Shown one piece after another: positions 29,500 through 42,450 of a stretch of 64,000 nucleotides of DNA. Location of the stretch: assembly GCF_009914755.1 (NCBI RefSeq), contig NC_060931.1. The stretch is one strand, 5' to 3'. The notes beneath the pieces are model-generated. The model did not search any database. It saw only the letters and a program-made list of their open reading frames with translations, and had not been told where the DNA came from. Each line of letters starts with the position of its first letter. Positions within the stretch are counted from its first letter, which is position 1. Made by a program: the position numbers and the translations under genes. Source of the stretch: the human T2T-CHM13v2.0 reference genome, Homo sapiens.

Positions 29500-30065
29500 A
29501 CCAAGGTACAACATTCATTGAAACAGTAAGTAGGGGAGTGGACTGCAACTCTGTCCTTTCATTTTGGGGCTCTCGGTCTCCATTTTAGAACCAAATCAAA
29601 CCAAATACTGGGCCTCCTTCAATCATTTAAAAATGATTAGCTTGGGTTCCAGATTTACAAAACTTGGTGGACAGGATTACATGGAGAATCCCCCAGCACC
29701 CGTGGGTTGTTGGGCATGTTGGCCATGTTTGAACCAGCTTCGTTTCATAGAGAACTTAGCCATCATGTGGGGCTAGTGGAAGTCCTGGGGCAACTGAGGA
29801 TTTCTGGCTGGGGCTACCTCCCACTGTTATCCAAAGGCTCTCCAACTTTCCTATCACAATTTCCTCATTTCCTGGTCACAACCACCATATTTCTTATTCT
29901 CTCTGAGTATGCAATGTGCAGGAATTTTTATAGTTCAGGGAAGTAGTCTTGTTTGGCAAGATCAGGGAATGTCATAGTAACCAGGGATATAGCTCAAGGG
30001 AAGGCATCTTTGTGATTTTCTAGGAACAGAACCCCCCAACCCTTCCACAGTAGGCATTACTCTTG

Positions 30066-30310
30066 GCCCTTGGTCTGGAGAGCACATGGCATTTCCATGT
30101 CACTCTCTGCCCTTGGTCTGGAGAGCACATGGCAGTTCCAGGTCTCTCTCTGCCCTTGGTCTGGAGAGTACATGGCAGTTCCAGGTCTCTCTCTGCCCTT
30201 GGTCTGGAGAGCACATGGCAGTTCCAGGTCTCTCTCTGCCCTTGGTCTGGAGAACACATGGCATGTTATGGTCACTCTGCTGTTGGTCTAGAGAGCACAT
30301 AGCAGTTGAA
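30066..30310 (+). repeat. 43-bp tandem repeat, about 5.7 copies, in the proviral leader
   Basis: GCCCTTGGTCTGGAGAGCACATGGCAGTTCCAGGTCTCTCTCT units start at 30066, 30109, 30152, 30195, 30238 and (degenerate) 30279. Confidence 0.97.
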
Positions 30311-31039
30311 GGTTAAAAGAGGCACCTAGAGGAATGGGGATCCTCTCCATGAGGCAAATTGTCGGTCCTTTACAGAAACACTCTAGCTTCCCAATTCTCC
30401 CTTTTTGCAGCCCTCTTGTAGAGAACAGGCTGCTTCTGTGAATGACAAAACTCTGCCTTCAACAACTAGGAGTAAAATATCCTTCAAAGCTAAATTTTAG
30501 CCTCCATACTGTCCCATCAGCAGGAAAACGGCCATTCAGTCCCTATATTCTTTTAAGGCACCTATCCTGCCTCTAATTAGAATGGTACTTAATTAGTAAG
30601 GGGATTTTAAGTTCAGAAGTTAAATGTAACCATTCTCTAAGGGTACATGCTTTAGCACAGACCATAACAGCAAGATACAGAGCTCAAACTAGCACACTTT
30701 CTCCATTAAGGAGGGAAATGCAACTGTCACATAGTCTCTCCTGAGATCTGCAGGGAGCCAGGCAGGTCACACAAGGCCAGGACATCAAAGGGAAATCACA
30801 GGCAGAGGACTAGAGCTGCATGGGTGAGTGTGACTAATCCCAATCTCTTAGTTCCTCTGGTTCCATGGCTGGGGTTCACACCTGCAACCATGAGTAGCAC
30901 GTTCAACAAGGTGCCAGGATCCAGGAACCAAGAGGGAAAAAAAGCAGAAAGGACACCCCCCACTGTCTTCCTCTCCACCCTGGGTCACACCAAAAGGAAG
31001 GAGACTAAAGGCATGCCTTTTTCTCACTTCTCATTCTAG

Positions 31040-31625
31040 AAAGGTACCATCATCAGCCTGCACTCGCCTGGAGTCCATTCTGAAACACAAAGACTCATTT
31101 CACCCTGAGACTTTAAAGAAAAAGTGGCTCATTTTCTTTTGCACAGGGGCATGACCTTCTTACTAGACCTTTGCAGGCATTACAAAATCAACCCAGCTCT
31201 TTTAGTAGTCATATCAGGCAGGCCTATGGAGAATGATTCTCCTAAGTTAGAGAAGCAACTTCAGGGGAAGAATCTGAGGATTCCCCTTAGTTGGGTCCCC
31301 CTCAAGTTCCCTTCTCATTACAGGACCTTAGGGAAATAAAGGGAGACTTAGGCCAATTTTCTAACGACCCTGATAGATATACAGTTTTCCAAAATTTAAC
31401 TCAAGTGTTTGACCTTTCATGAAGGGATGTTATGCTGCTTCTAAACCAAACCCTAACTGCAGCTGAAAAACAGCCAGTTCTGCAGGCAGCAGATAATTTT
31501 GGGTATGAGTAATGTGTCTCCTGTGATAGGTAAAAAGGGAAAACAGAAAACGGAGAAGGTGAAAAATAGTGGTAACAACTTTGCCAATAGAAGGAAAGCA
31601 GTATTTCTTGACAACCCTAATTGGA
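31040..31625 (+). pseudogene. gag remnant (gammaretrovirus-like)
   Basis: GGAGACTTAGGCCAATTTTCTAACGACCCTGATAGATAT reads GDLGQFSNDPDRY, a class I ERV gag motif; stops and frameshifts around it. Confidence 0.7.
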
Positions 31626-32150
31626 AAATCTAGACTTTTCTATGGTGTTTTTCCTTCTTTCATGATTTAAAATGGCTTCTATCTATTCTTTTATAATGTT
31701 CCTCCAAACCGGGAAAAGTTAATTTCCCCAAATCTTAAAAGGCTTGGCTTAGAGTTCAGCTTGGGAAAAGGGAACCCAGAAGCCTGACATGCTAGCAAAA
31801 AGGTAAAAGCACTTTTTTACCAGTCAGGCTTTTGGCTTCTCTCTCCCTGTGAAAATCAGTAAACGAAATAGTAAGGAGCAATGTTTATATTCTCTGTAAA
31901 GTTTTAATCAATGAAAGAGGATTTGTGAGGTTGGTATTACACTGTAGCCAATCTGGTGTACTTTGTGTGTCTTTCTGTATAGTTCTGTCAAAAGAAAGAG
32001 TACCTTAGGTTAGGATACAGGCCCAGGATGCCATAAGCCTGCTGTTCAAGCCAGCTCAACAAAATGGTCCATAATAAACTTTACCTCCATCTTGTTTCAT
32101 GTCCTTGGGAACATGTCCTATAACCACATGGCAATACTTTTTTTTAGTCT

Positions 32151-32563
32151 CTGTCTTCTTGTGCTAAGTCAGTTCCTGGGTGAGGGCCACAAATTCAGAA
32201 AAGCCAGTTTATCAATCTGGGTAGGGCTAGCTAATACATCAAGGGCAGGGTTTACAGAATATCTTAAGCACTGATCTTGAATGGATCAGAATCTTGTAAT
32301 CTCCAGCTGTGTGACTCCTGAGCCATGGTTTCTAATCTTGTGGCTAGTTTCTTGGTCTGATCCGCAGGCTAGAGGGAAATATATCTTGGGAAGGGGCTGT
32401 TATTATCTTTGTTTTGGGCTATAGTCTGTAGACCAGGCTCCTCCCAAAGTTGGTTTGGCCTACACCCAGGGATGGGCAAGGACAGCTTGGGGGCTGAAAA
32501 CAAAATGAAGTTGGATGAGATCTTTTTCACTGTCTCTGTCACCACTTTGCAATGATGGTTTCA
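32151..32563 (-). mobile_element. LTR8-like LTR fragment, antisense inside the provirus
   Basis: Reverse complement begins TGAAACCATCATTGCAAAG...GAGACAGTGAAAAAGATCT and contains CACCCAGGAACTGACTTAGCAC, matching recalled LTR8. Confidence 0.7.
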
Positions 32564-33464
32564 AAAGCTGCTTGCCACCCCTTTAAAAATATCTTGTACA
32601 CTCAAGGTTAAGTCATAACCTAATTAAGCCTTGTTTGTTTCATCTGTGAGGTTACTCTTTGTAAAGTTCAAGAGCCGAAAATCTTAACTGCTTGACATGG
32701 CTAATGTCCTTTGAAAGGATTTAAAAAGATTTTCTTAAAGAGTGCTCAGCTTAATTAAAAGTGGAAATTCTAGTTATAGGTAGATTTAAAAGACCTTTAT
32801 GTATTTTTCTTCTTGGATCTTGTTTTTCTGGAAAAAAAAAAAAAGGGGGGGGGGGTTCTTCTCAGTTGACTAAATTACTTATTCCCATTTTTTTTTCTGT
32901 CTTGCCACTCTTAATGCACACATGAGAGGCTCTAAGCTAAAGTCTGATAGCCTAGGACTCCTTGAGGAAAACAGAGGAAATGCCACAGATGCCATTTTGG
33001 GGGGAAAAAAACCCTCTGTTTTCCTCATGAAACCCAGTAATTAAGAGCAGATAGTTCCCTCTCAAAGTCAAAGGCTCTGTTCTGTTTTGCATTGTGTTAT
33101 CTGACATTTTTAAGTTTTGGGGCATCAGAAATTACCTCACATTAGAGAGTTTTGTTGTATAATAGCTAAGAAGGAAAGATACTTTAAGGGATGCCTAATA
33201 ATAGTTATGGAGGGATATTTAATTCTGCACATTTGTATCAGAGAATCGTGCTCTTGACCACCTGAAAGATATGGAAACATCCTCATCCCCCACTGAGATG
33301 AGACTACCATGGGGGATGGGGTGTTTACAAAATAAGCTGATTGGCTTTGAGTTGCCTTGCAATGAAATGCATGGAAGAAGCACTGCACTGTCTTCTCCCA
33401 TAGTATCTCCCTCCTTTTGGGGATCTAAAATCTAGTATAAAAAGGCACACTTAATTTTGGGATC

Positions 33465-33545
33465 TGTGTATTATATAGTATTTTATAGTGTATTATATAG
33501 TATTATATTATATATAGTATATATTGTATTATAGTATATATAGTC
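33465..33545. repeat. AT-rich low-complexity (TATTATATAG-like) tract
   Basis: Imperfect repeats of TATTATATAG within the ERV interior. Confidence 0.85.
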
Positions 33546-36049
33546 TTTTCACAAATTCAGTGTTGAAATAAAAGCATAGAAAGCTTGTCTTAAAATGCTA
33601 ATCGGCCCTTTAGCAAAAGGGATTATAAAAGGTTTGTAAAGAGTTCAACTCATGATCAAATTGGTTAAAATTAGATGGAATCATCTATAAGGTTTTTTAA
33701 AAACAAACTGAGGTTAACATTAATAAACTAATGCAAGGGTAAAATTTGGCTTTCAACAGGATTTTCATGTAATAGTAAAGGCTAATGAAAGGTTTTTGCC
33801 TTTTGAGTCATCATTTTGGCAAAATAAATAATTTATGGCAATCTGGAATTCTATTTTATAACATCAAGTGTTTTAACACTCTAACATTTAACAGTCTCCC
33901 CAAAATCTAACTTCAAGTTTCAAAATTGTCTTTCCTGATGCCTGGCTTTCTGGATGGTTCAGAGGGCCCCTGAAACATCCAGAGAAGAGGTAAACAGGAT
34001 CATTTGAATATGTTTAGTTACATGGGATTGCCAAAATGATGTTCAATCTTCTTTAGGTTATATTTTAGTGAATAATACTAATATATGTTCCAAAATTGTA
34101 TGGGATTTCTAAAATTCTAATGTCTAACTATATGCTATCAATCATAATTAAGGTTAAAGTTATTGTAAACCACAGAGATAACTAAACTCCTTTGTCAGTA
34201 ATGTTTTTAACTGTAACTACCCTGGATATTTTGTCATTTGCAGACAATTGTTGTCTTGCTTTGTTCCTTCTCAAAAGATGGTTTGTAATCAAGCTATAGG
34301 ACTTTAACAGGTGTTCTCAAATGCAGTTTTCTAACAGCATTGACAACTGTAACATTGGAATAGAGAAAAAACGTACAGGACCCATGAAGAGCTAAAATGT
34401 TCATGAATATCAAGCAAGAGTTAACTTAAGTGGAATGAACTCAGGAAACTGAAGCAAATCTTTTTGATTTTTGGCTGGAATATTGCTAATTTATGTTTTA
34501 TTTTTCAGAGTCAATGAAACTTATTTTGAACTATTTACAGCCTTTAACAATTAAGTAAGGTATACTCCTGTGAACAAAATTTGGAGCATGTTTGTTTCTC
34601 TCTGTGTGGTTCCTCTAGAATTTGTAAACTATCTGTGAGTACTCTTAACTTATGGCAATATAGTTGTTTGCATCAATGAATAAGAATCCATTTTTCTTTT
34701 GCAACAGGACACAATTGGAAAAACTAGTTGTTTTATCAAGGCTTTTACTGGAAGGGTATGCTTCCCTTTAAGGAGTGAATCTCAACTTGCAGAGCCAATA
34801 AAAGCCCCATGGGGAGAACTGGTCTCATACACCTGCCTATACAGTCCCCATACAGGGTTCCTGACTTGTGGTCAGTAAATTATGTTACTTTCTTACAGGT
34901 CCAGGAGCTCCAAGTTTATCTTGAGACCTTAAGAGGAGAGGATCACCCAACTCACAGGTATTTGAGGATACAAACCCATGGCTGGGCTTGGCTTTAAAGA
35001 GTCTTATCTGAGATTCCTTGTGGAACAGAGTTCCATCAAAGCCAATCCAAAAGGCCTATGTAGAAACAACCATTCTTGCTGCACGTTATGCAAGTAATCA
35101 GGACAAGTATAAGACTAAAGTTTATTCTACAAACAACACAGTCCTATCATAATTTGTTTTTACCAAAAATGACACTGGAAAGAAAATTATGCACCAAAGC
35201 TTATCATGTATTTGTCATTAAAGCCTAGTCTCATTAATTGTTTTTAAGCTTTTTGCCTACCTTTTAGACTAACTCTGCTCATTTCTGTAAATCAAGTGGT
35301 GATCTCCTGCAGCTTGGAAGAACCAAAAAGGGATGGGTAATGTAAAAATCTGGATCAATATGCTAGTTCTGGGCAATAAACCCACAAATTCGGCTAGGTA
35401 ATGAAAGTGAGTAGGGTGTCCATAACCCAGAGGTTTTTTGCTTGAGATATTAAAACCAAGGAACTTCATAGACCCACAGAGGGAAATTCTATATCTTGGC
35501 AAGTCAAATTTTATATGGAAAAAATCTACTATGTCACCTTTGCAGGAATTGCTATACTCACTCTACTATTTCCAATAGAGTTATACACGATAGCACCTTC
35601 TAGCTGAAATATTGGACAGAGAGTTTCCACTGCTGTAATATTTTACTTAATTATTATCCTTGTAGCAAGGATAATAGTTACCAACAAAAAGGAAGCATGA
35701 AAGTTTTACTAGCACTGAATCTGCTAGAACTTTTTATTGGGTTTGGTAATATGTCACACCCTAGCTATGCAAAGAAGGCTATAAAGAAAAGAGATTTTAT
35801 ATAAGAAATGATCTTGTATGGTAAATACTTGTCCTAAAGAAAATAGCTGGTTCTTTAAAAGAGGAATGTTTAGGACAAGTCAGAAGGTCTAAGCATGTCT
35901 TAGATGGTCTGTGGAAATCATGAAGGGATTAATATTTGCGGGAAAGATTTAGCCAAGGTTTAAAGTTAGCCAAGGTTAACTAAAGTTACTCTAGCTACCC
36001 AATTCCAATGCCACTTATCCTAAAAGGAATGTTACTTCTATATTAACAT

Positions 36050-36300
36050 TTCAACAACATCTGTTGGAGGCAAAGCAGTTTTACAACCCATTGGAATGGC
36101 TGACACAATCAAACTCCAAATGGTGTTGCAGACAGGACCACACATGGACATGTCTTTCTTCCAAGGACCTTAGATTTACCCCAGGAGGAGCCCTAGCTAC
36201 TGTTCCCACACAACGTCCCTATTCAGGAGAAAGCAGCCAGAAAGGGTCATCATCCAACACCCCCTAAAAGCAGTTAGGGTTACCACTCCACAGGGGAAAA
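36050..36300 (+). pseudogene. env C-terminal remnant and polypurine tract
   Basis: AAACTCCAAATGGTGTTGCAG (KLQMVLQ, env TM tail-like); AGGGGAAAA immediately before the 3' LTR. Confidence 0.6.
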
Positions 36301-36878
36301 TAACACAGGAGTTAAGAAGAAATTGCTTAGGCAGATAGTGAGGCCATGAAGTCCCCAGTAAGGTTTTCCTTTTAATGAAAAGCAGCAATTAGTTTCCTTT
36401 CTAACAAAGAGCAGCCTGTAAAATTGAGCTGCAGACATAGATGCCGGTAGTTGTGCCAATCATGTTCAAGATGGTGGCTCCAACTTTCCTTCTTTTTGTC
36501 AGCCACATGTGCAGTAAGGAGCAGACAAGATGGCACCAATCAACTGAAAAGTTCACTTGCATAATAAGATTAGGGTGGGGCAACCAGCCTTCCCCACGTG
36601 CTATGTAAACATCATACTGAATCAAACCAATCTGTGAGCCCTACATAAATCAAACACTGCCTCCTCAAGCTGGACTATAAATTCCAGTGCATCCACCACC
36701 AGCTGGTCTCTTCCACTCGGAAGACCCCGTCTCTCAATAGAGAGAGCTGTTTTTCTTTCTCATTTCTTCTGCCTATTAAACCTCTGCCCCTAAACTCCTC
36801 GTGTGTGTCTGTATCCTAAATTTCCTGGCACAAGACAATGAACCCCAGGTATATACCCCAGACAATATAGCCACTTCA
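36301..36878 (+). promoter_or_regulatory. 3' LTR
   Basis: Colinear with the 5' LTR (TAACACAGGAG...CACTTCA), retaining the CCAAT boxes, TATAAAA and ATTAAA. Confidence 0.92.
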
Positions 36879-37098
36879 CCAATATTGTAATGAATATAAT
36901 TATTGAAAACAATATTTAAAAATTTTAAGTATATCATATAATCCTTAGAGTATATCACACTAGTGATCTATGGTAAATTTACTAGAATTTAGGATCACTT
37001 AAAATAATTCTCCTTTGTATGGTTTATATCACCATATTGAACCAAAGTCAGATTCGTTATCTCATTTTTTTTATTTTAGCTCCTGCTTTTGTGCTTCT

Positions 37099-37411
37099 CT
37101 CTTTTTTAATTTTAGTTTCTATTTTTTGAGACAGAATTTGACTCTGTTGCCCAGGCTGGAGTGCAGTGGTGCAATCTTGGCTCACTGCAACCTCTGCCTC
37201 CCAGGTTTTGAGCAATTTTCATGCCTTAGCCTCCCAAGTAGCTGGGATTATAGGCATGCACCACCACACCCAGTTAACTTTTTTTGTATTTAGGAGAGAC
37301 GAGGTTTCGCCATGTTGGTCAGGCTGGTTTTGACCTCCTGACCTCAAATGATCCACCTGCCTCAGCCTCCCAATGTGCTGCGATTACAGGTGTGAACCAC
37401 CATGCCTGGCC
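37099..37411 (-). mobile_element. AluS (Sx/Sz-like)
   Basis: Reverse Alu; 13-bp TSD CTTTTGTGCTTCT at 37086-37098 and 37412-37424. Confidence 0.94.
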
Positions 37412-37424
37412 CTTTTGTGCTTCT

Positions 37425-39450
37425 TCTACTAATTTTCAGAAATTACATAAAAACACATTTACGTGGTTTCAAAGTCAAACGCACAAAATGTGGCATATTT
37501 AGTATAGTTTGGTTTCTATTTATGAGCCCTCCATATATTCTTTTTCTTTTAAAAAGTTCTTATTTATTCATTTTTTTAATTTAGGCAAATATATATAAGC
37601 AAATATATATATAATTATACAGGAAAACAATAATACGTTATACACATTCTCGCCACCTTATTATTTTATTCCATAGCAGTACATAGAGAATTTCCTCATT
37701 CTTTTAGAATTGAATAAAACTTCATCGTGTGGATATAATCATCTTTTACATAGTCCCAAACCCAAACATCCATGAAAGGTCATGGATAAATAAATATCCC
37801 TGCAATGAATAGTTCCATGCAAACGTCTTTTTGTGTTTTTACTAGAGTATCTTTGAGATAAATTCCAATCAGAGAGATTGCTGGGTCAAAAAGTAAAAGC
37901 ATTCATAGTTTTACTACAAATTGTAAAGCTTCTATTCATAACAGTTTACCATTTTATATTCCCTCTAGAAACATACTTGTTTCCCCACAGGCTTGACCAA
38001 AGAGTATGTTGTCAAATACAAACTTTTGCCAATATAATAGAAATGGAATTTCACTGTAGTTTCAATTCGCATTTTACTTCTTGGGAAAAAAATTGAGAAA
38101 CATTTCATATGTTTAAGGGTCATTTATTTCTCTTTCTCCAAGAACTGCTCATTTTTCTCCACAGTTATAATTCCTGTCTATTTTAGAAGGTCTGTATCAT
38201 ATTAACTCTTTATTTCCTAAATGAATTGCAAATATTTTTTCTAGTTTATCATTTATCTTTGACTTTGTTTATGGTTATTTTGCCATTCAATTTTTTAGTG
38301 TTCCAAAGGGTCAGTCTTTTCTTTACTGTTTTTGTTTTTTAATCAGAGTTAAGAAAGTTTTCTCTACTCCCAGATTACAAAGGACCTCACTCAGCTTTCC
38401 TCCTAGTACTTGTACATCTTATTTTTAAAATTTACATTTCTAATTCATTTTTATTTTTTCTTGAAGTATGGTGTGAAAATGAATGTAATTTTATATTTTT
38501 CTATATGTCTAACCAGTTATCCCAACATCAGTTATTTTGATATGATTGACGTGGAAAAACTGTACACATAGAGTTTGGGAACAAGTATACATCCACGAAA
38601 TTATCACACCATCAAGGTCATAAATATATCCATCACTGCACTTCCCAAAGTTTTCTCCCACCCCACTTTATTGTTATTGTTATAATTCTGTGTGTGTGGT
38701 AGGAACACAACATAATATCTACAATTTTTGCAAATTTTAAATACATAATACAGTAAGGTGAGCTATAGGCACTATGCTATATGGTACATCTCCAGAACTT
38801 GTGTATTTTGCATAACTGAAACTTTGTACCCTTTGCCAACGTCACATATTGAAAAGTCCATCTTTTCTTCACCAATTTGATATGCTGACTTCATAATATA
38901 GTAAATTTTCACAGGGATTTTAATCTATTTCCAGATATTTTCCCTTTCTTCTCTTTAGTTAAATGTCTATTTGGTTTTCAACACTATGATATTTCAATCA
39001 CTATATGTTTTAATATCAGATAGAACCAGTTCACCCCATATGCCACTACTCTATCAGGACATTCAGGGCTATTCTTGCTTGTTTTTCCAAATGAAATGGC
39101 TAATCTATGTGTTTATGTCCGGGGTGGGGGGGTGTGGAATCTTAATGATAATTACACTGGGATTATATTAGATTTATTTATTAATTTGTAAAATATTAAC
39201 ATATAATATTAAAGCTTCCTATAAGTTAATATGGTATATAAACACAACACAAACCCAATTAGAGGATATACTGAAAGAGAAGTCCTTGTTATGTTCATAA
39301 ATATTTATATGCAAGCCTAGATGTGTTTAAAACCTATATGGAGAAAGCTATAAAAAGCTCCTGAAAGGCACAAAAGTACCTACAACAAAAGGAAAAGATA
39401 TGCCATATTTTTGCATACACAATTCAATATCATATAGATGTTAATCTTTG
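37425..39450 (-). mobile_element. Old L1M 3' region (with a nested L1MA/MB 3' fragment at ~38530-38845)
   Basis: T-rich L1 3' motifs: GAGATTGCTGGGTCAAA, CCAGTTATCCCAACATCA, CATAACTGAAACTTTGTACCCTTTG. Confidence 0.65.
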
Positions 39451-39789
39451 CCTGCACACGCATAAGCTCAGTTTCCTGCTTATTGTCTGAAATCCTTCTT
39501 TCGACACTTTCTAGAAAAACATCATGGAAAAGTCAATGTCAAAACACACTGTATGGGTATCACAGACATGAAAAAAATCTGAGACTACCGTAGAGCATCC
39601 TATAAAGAAATGCTGTATCATTAACACTATTGATAATAAAGAACATCATGCTATATGGAAAACGACAAACATCAAAAACTCTAAGAGCCAGACTCTAAAT
39701 GCAAAGAAATTTGGAAAACTTTCAACACAGATGTTTTCAAGGGGTCTCTGAAGCCTTTTAGGGATCTGCAGGGTTGAGGTGATTTTCAG

Positions 39790-39952
39790 TATTATTATTA
39801 TTCTTGAGACAGGGTTTTGCTTTGTCACACAGGCCGGAAGGCAGCAGTGCAATCATAGGTCACTGCAGCCTTGAACTCCTGGCCTCAAGTGATCCTCCTG
39901 CCTCAGCCTCTTGAGTAGCTGGGGTTACAGGCATGAGCCACCATGCCCAGCC
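39790..39952 (-). mobile_element. Free Alu monomer (FRAM/FAM-like)
   Basis: Single ~160-bp monomer with an (ATT)n-type tail. Confidence 0.8.
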
Positions 39953-40777
39953 ATTTTGCATAATTTTTAATGTGTTATTTGTCATCTTTCATTATGTTGA
40001 AATTTGCCTTAATGGTTCAAGAACAATCATAGGTAAAATTATTGACAACTTTTCATGAATTAAGTGGTATTCATGAAACTGTGCCAGTGGACATATTTTT
40101 CACCACCACACACTCAGAGTACTAAAAAATAATGGGGAAAGCCAATTTCTCTTAAAAATATCTTAGGTGAAGTAGAAATTATTGATATTATTACATCTCA
40201 ACCCTTTGAGTACCCATGTTTTAAATCTGTGTGACAAAGGAGGAATTATACATAGAGTACCTGGCTGCATACCGAAGTATAATAGTTGCCTCTAGGAAAA
40301 GCACTTAGGCAGTTGTTTGACTGGTGAGCTGAACTAGCTACTTTTTCACAGAATGCTATTTTTAGTTGAAAGAGTGGCAGACAAGAAAATGATGAGTATT
40401 CAAATTTGGGCTACCTTTTAGAAAATTTCTTAACCATAAACAAAGTCAGCCTGCTGTTTCAAGGTAAAGAACTGGCTACATTTGTCAACAATGATAAAAT
40501 TTAAGTTTCCAAGTGAAAATTAGAATTTTGGAAAACTGGCATCTGCCACCATGCATTTTCCAATCTTCAAAGAATATGTTTTGTGGGGATATCAGTTGAG
40601 GTTTTGACACTACATAATAAACGTGTTAATATTTGAAAGTTCCCCAAACTCAGTGAATCAGTATTTTCCAAATACCTAACGCATGATGTTATAAAATCAT
40701 GCATGGTAAAAGACCATTCAGAGTACAAGATAAACTAATAAATTTTAATGTAACACTATAGGACAAGGCCATTGATA

Positions 40778-41378
<601 letters not shown>

Positions 41379-42450
41379 TATACTTTTACCAAAACAATAT
41401 ATGGGAGCAGATTGATACAGAAGCAGACATAAGAATGCAGCTGTCTTCTCTTAAGACAGACATTTAAGAAATTTACACAAACGCAAAACAATCCCACTCT
41501 AATAACTGTATTTATTTTGGAAAATATAGTTAAGTTTTCCTAACAATTGTTATGTTGACAAATTATGGTTTTAGTATTGTAATTTTAAAATGAATTATTA
41601 CATATTTTTAAATTTTTCAAGTTGTAATTTTTAATACAATAAATGATAGCTATGATCCACATAAACAAAAGTTCTTTGGGATCCTCAGAATCTTCAGAAA
41701 TATACAGAGGCCCTAAGACCAACAAAAGAATACTGCATTAACTAGTTTATTATACTTATAATTTCATATTTTATGCATTCATAAGAATGACATCTGATGA
41801 AAAATCTACACCTCTATAAATTCAAAAGACTTCTTTCATTAAGAATAAAATATTGGAAAATGAATTCAGAGGTCTCTATGAGGTGTGCCTGGAGGAGGAA
41901 GCTAAATTTCAGTTTCTGAATTGAGTTTATTAAAGGTTTGGAACTTCTTAATAAAAAGATAAAAAAATCATTTGACCCCTCAATGAAAAAGCAGAGGAAA
42001 AATGCAAAGCTTGAGGGAAAACTGTATAAAAAGTCATGATCATAACATTTTAATATTGCACAGAGAAAAATACTTCTTCATATTTCTATGAAATCTATCC
42101 AATCACCTTACATGCAAAACTATTTTTATTTCTTCTTCCCAAACTCCACCCCAAATTCCTCCCCAGCCTTACCCCATCCTTTGACCTTATGACTCCTTCC
42201 TTTTCTCTTAGGCTCTACATCACAAAAGCTCCCAAAGTCTACTCTGGAAACACTCAAATATCCTTCAGGAGTGGAAGAGGAAAAGAAATTCCATGGACAG
42301 TCAGAACCAACTTTTAAAGGTAAAGGTGGGGATGAGAAAGAAACTCAAAACATTGATGATTTTGGTCTTGTTCCATAGGCTTACATTTTCTTCTCTATGG
42401 ACCAAGTACCTCCGTTTAACTTAATTATTAAATGGCATTCATTCATATTT

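Larger units (their letters stand above)
28892..36878 (+). mobile_element. Full-length, non-coding ERV1 provirus (MER61/LTR9/HUERS-P3-like)
   Basis: Two homologous LTRs, PBS, PPT, gag and env remnants; 4-bp TSD CTAA/CCAA (one mismatch). Confidence 0.93.

Noticed and set aside
29712-29730. p53 response element (MER61/LTR10 families are known p53-site carriers)
   Set aside because: The CATG cores are 9 rather than 10 bp apart. The LTRs show only one degenerate half-site (AATCATGTTC), and 32109-32118 is an isolated perfect half-site.
30020-30316. Six overlapping repetitive ORFs and a superficially CRISPR-like array
   Set aside because: Head-to-tail 43-bp tandem repeat with no unique spacers; eukaryotic ERV context; the ORFs are a by-product of the repeat.
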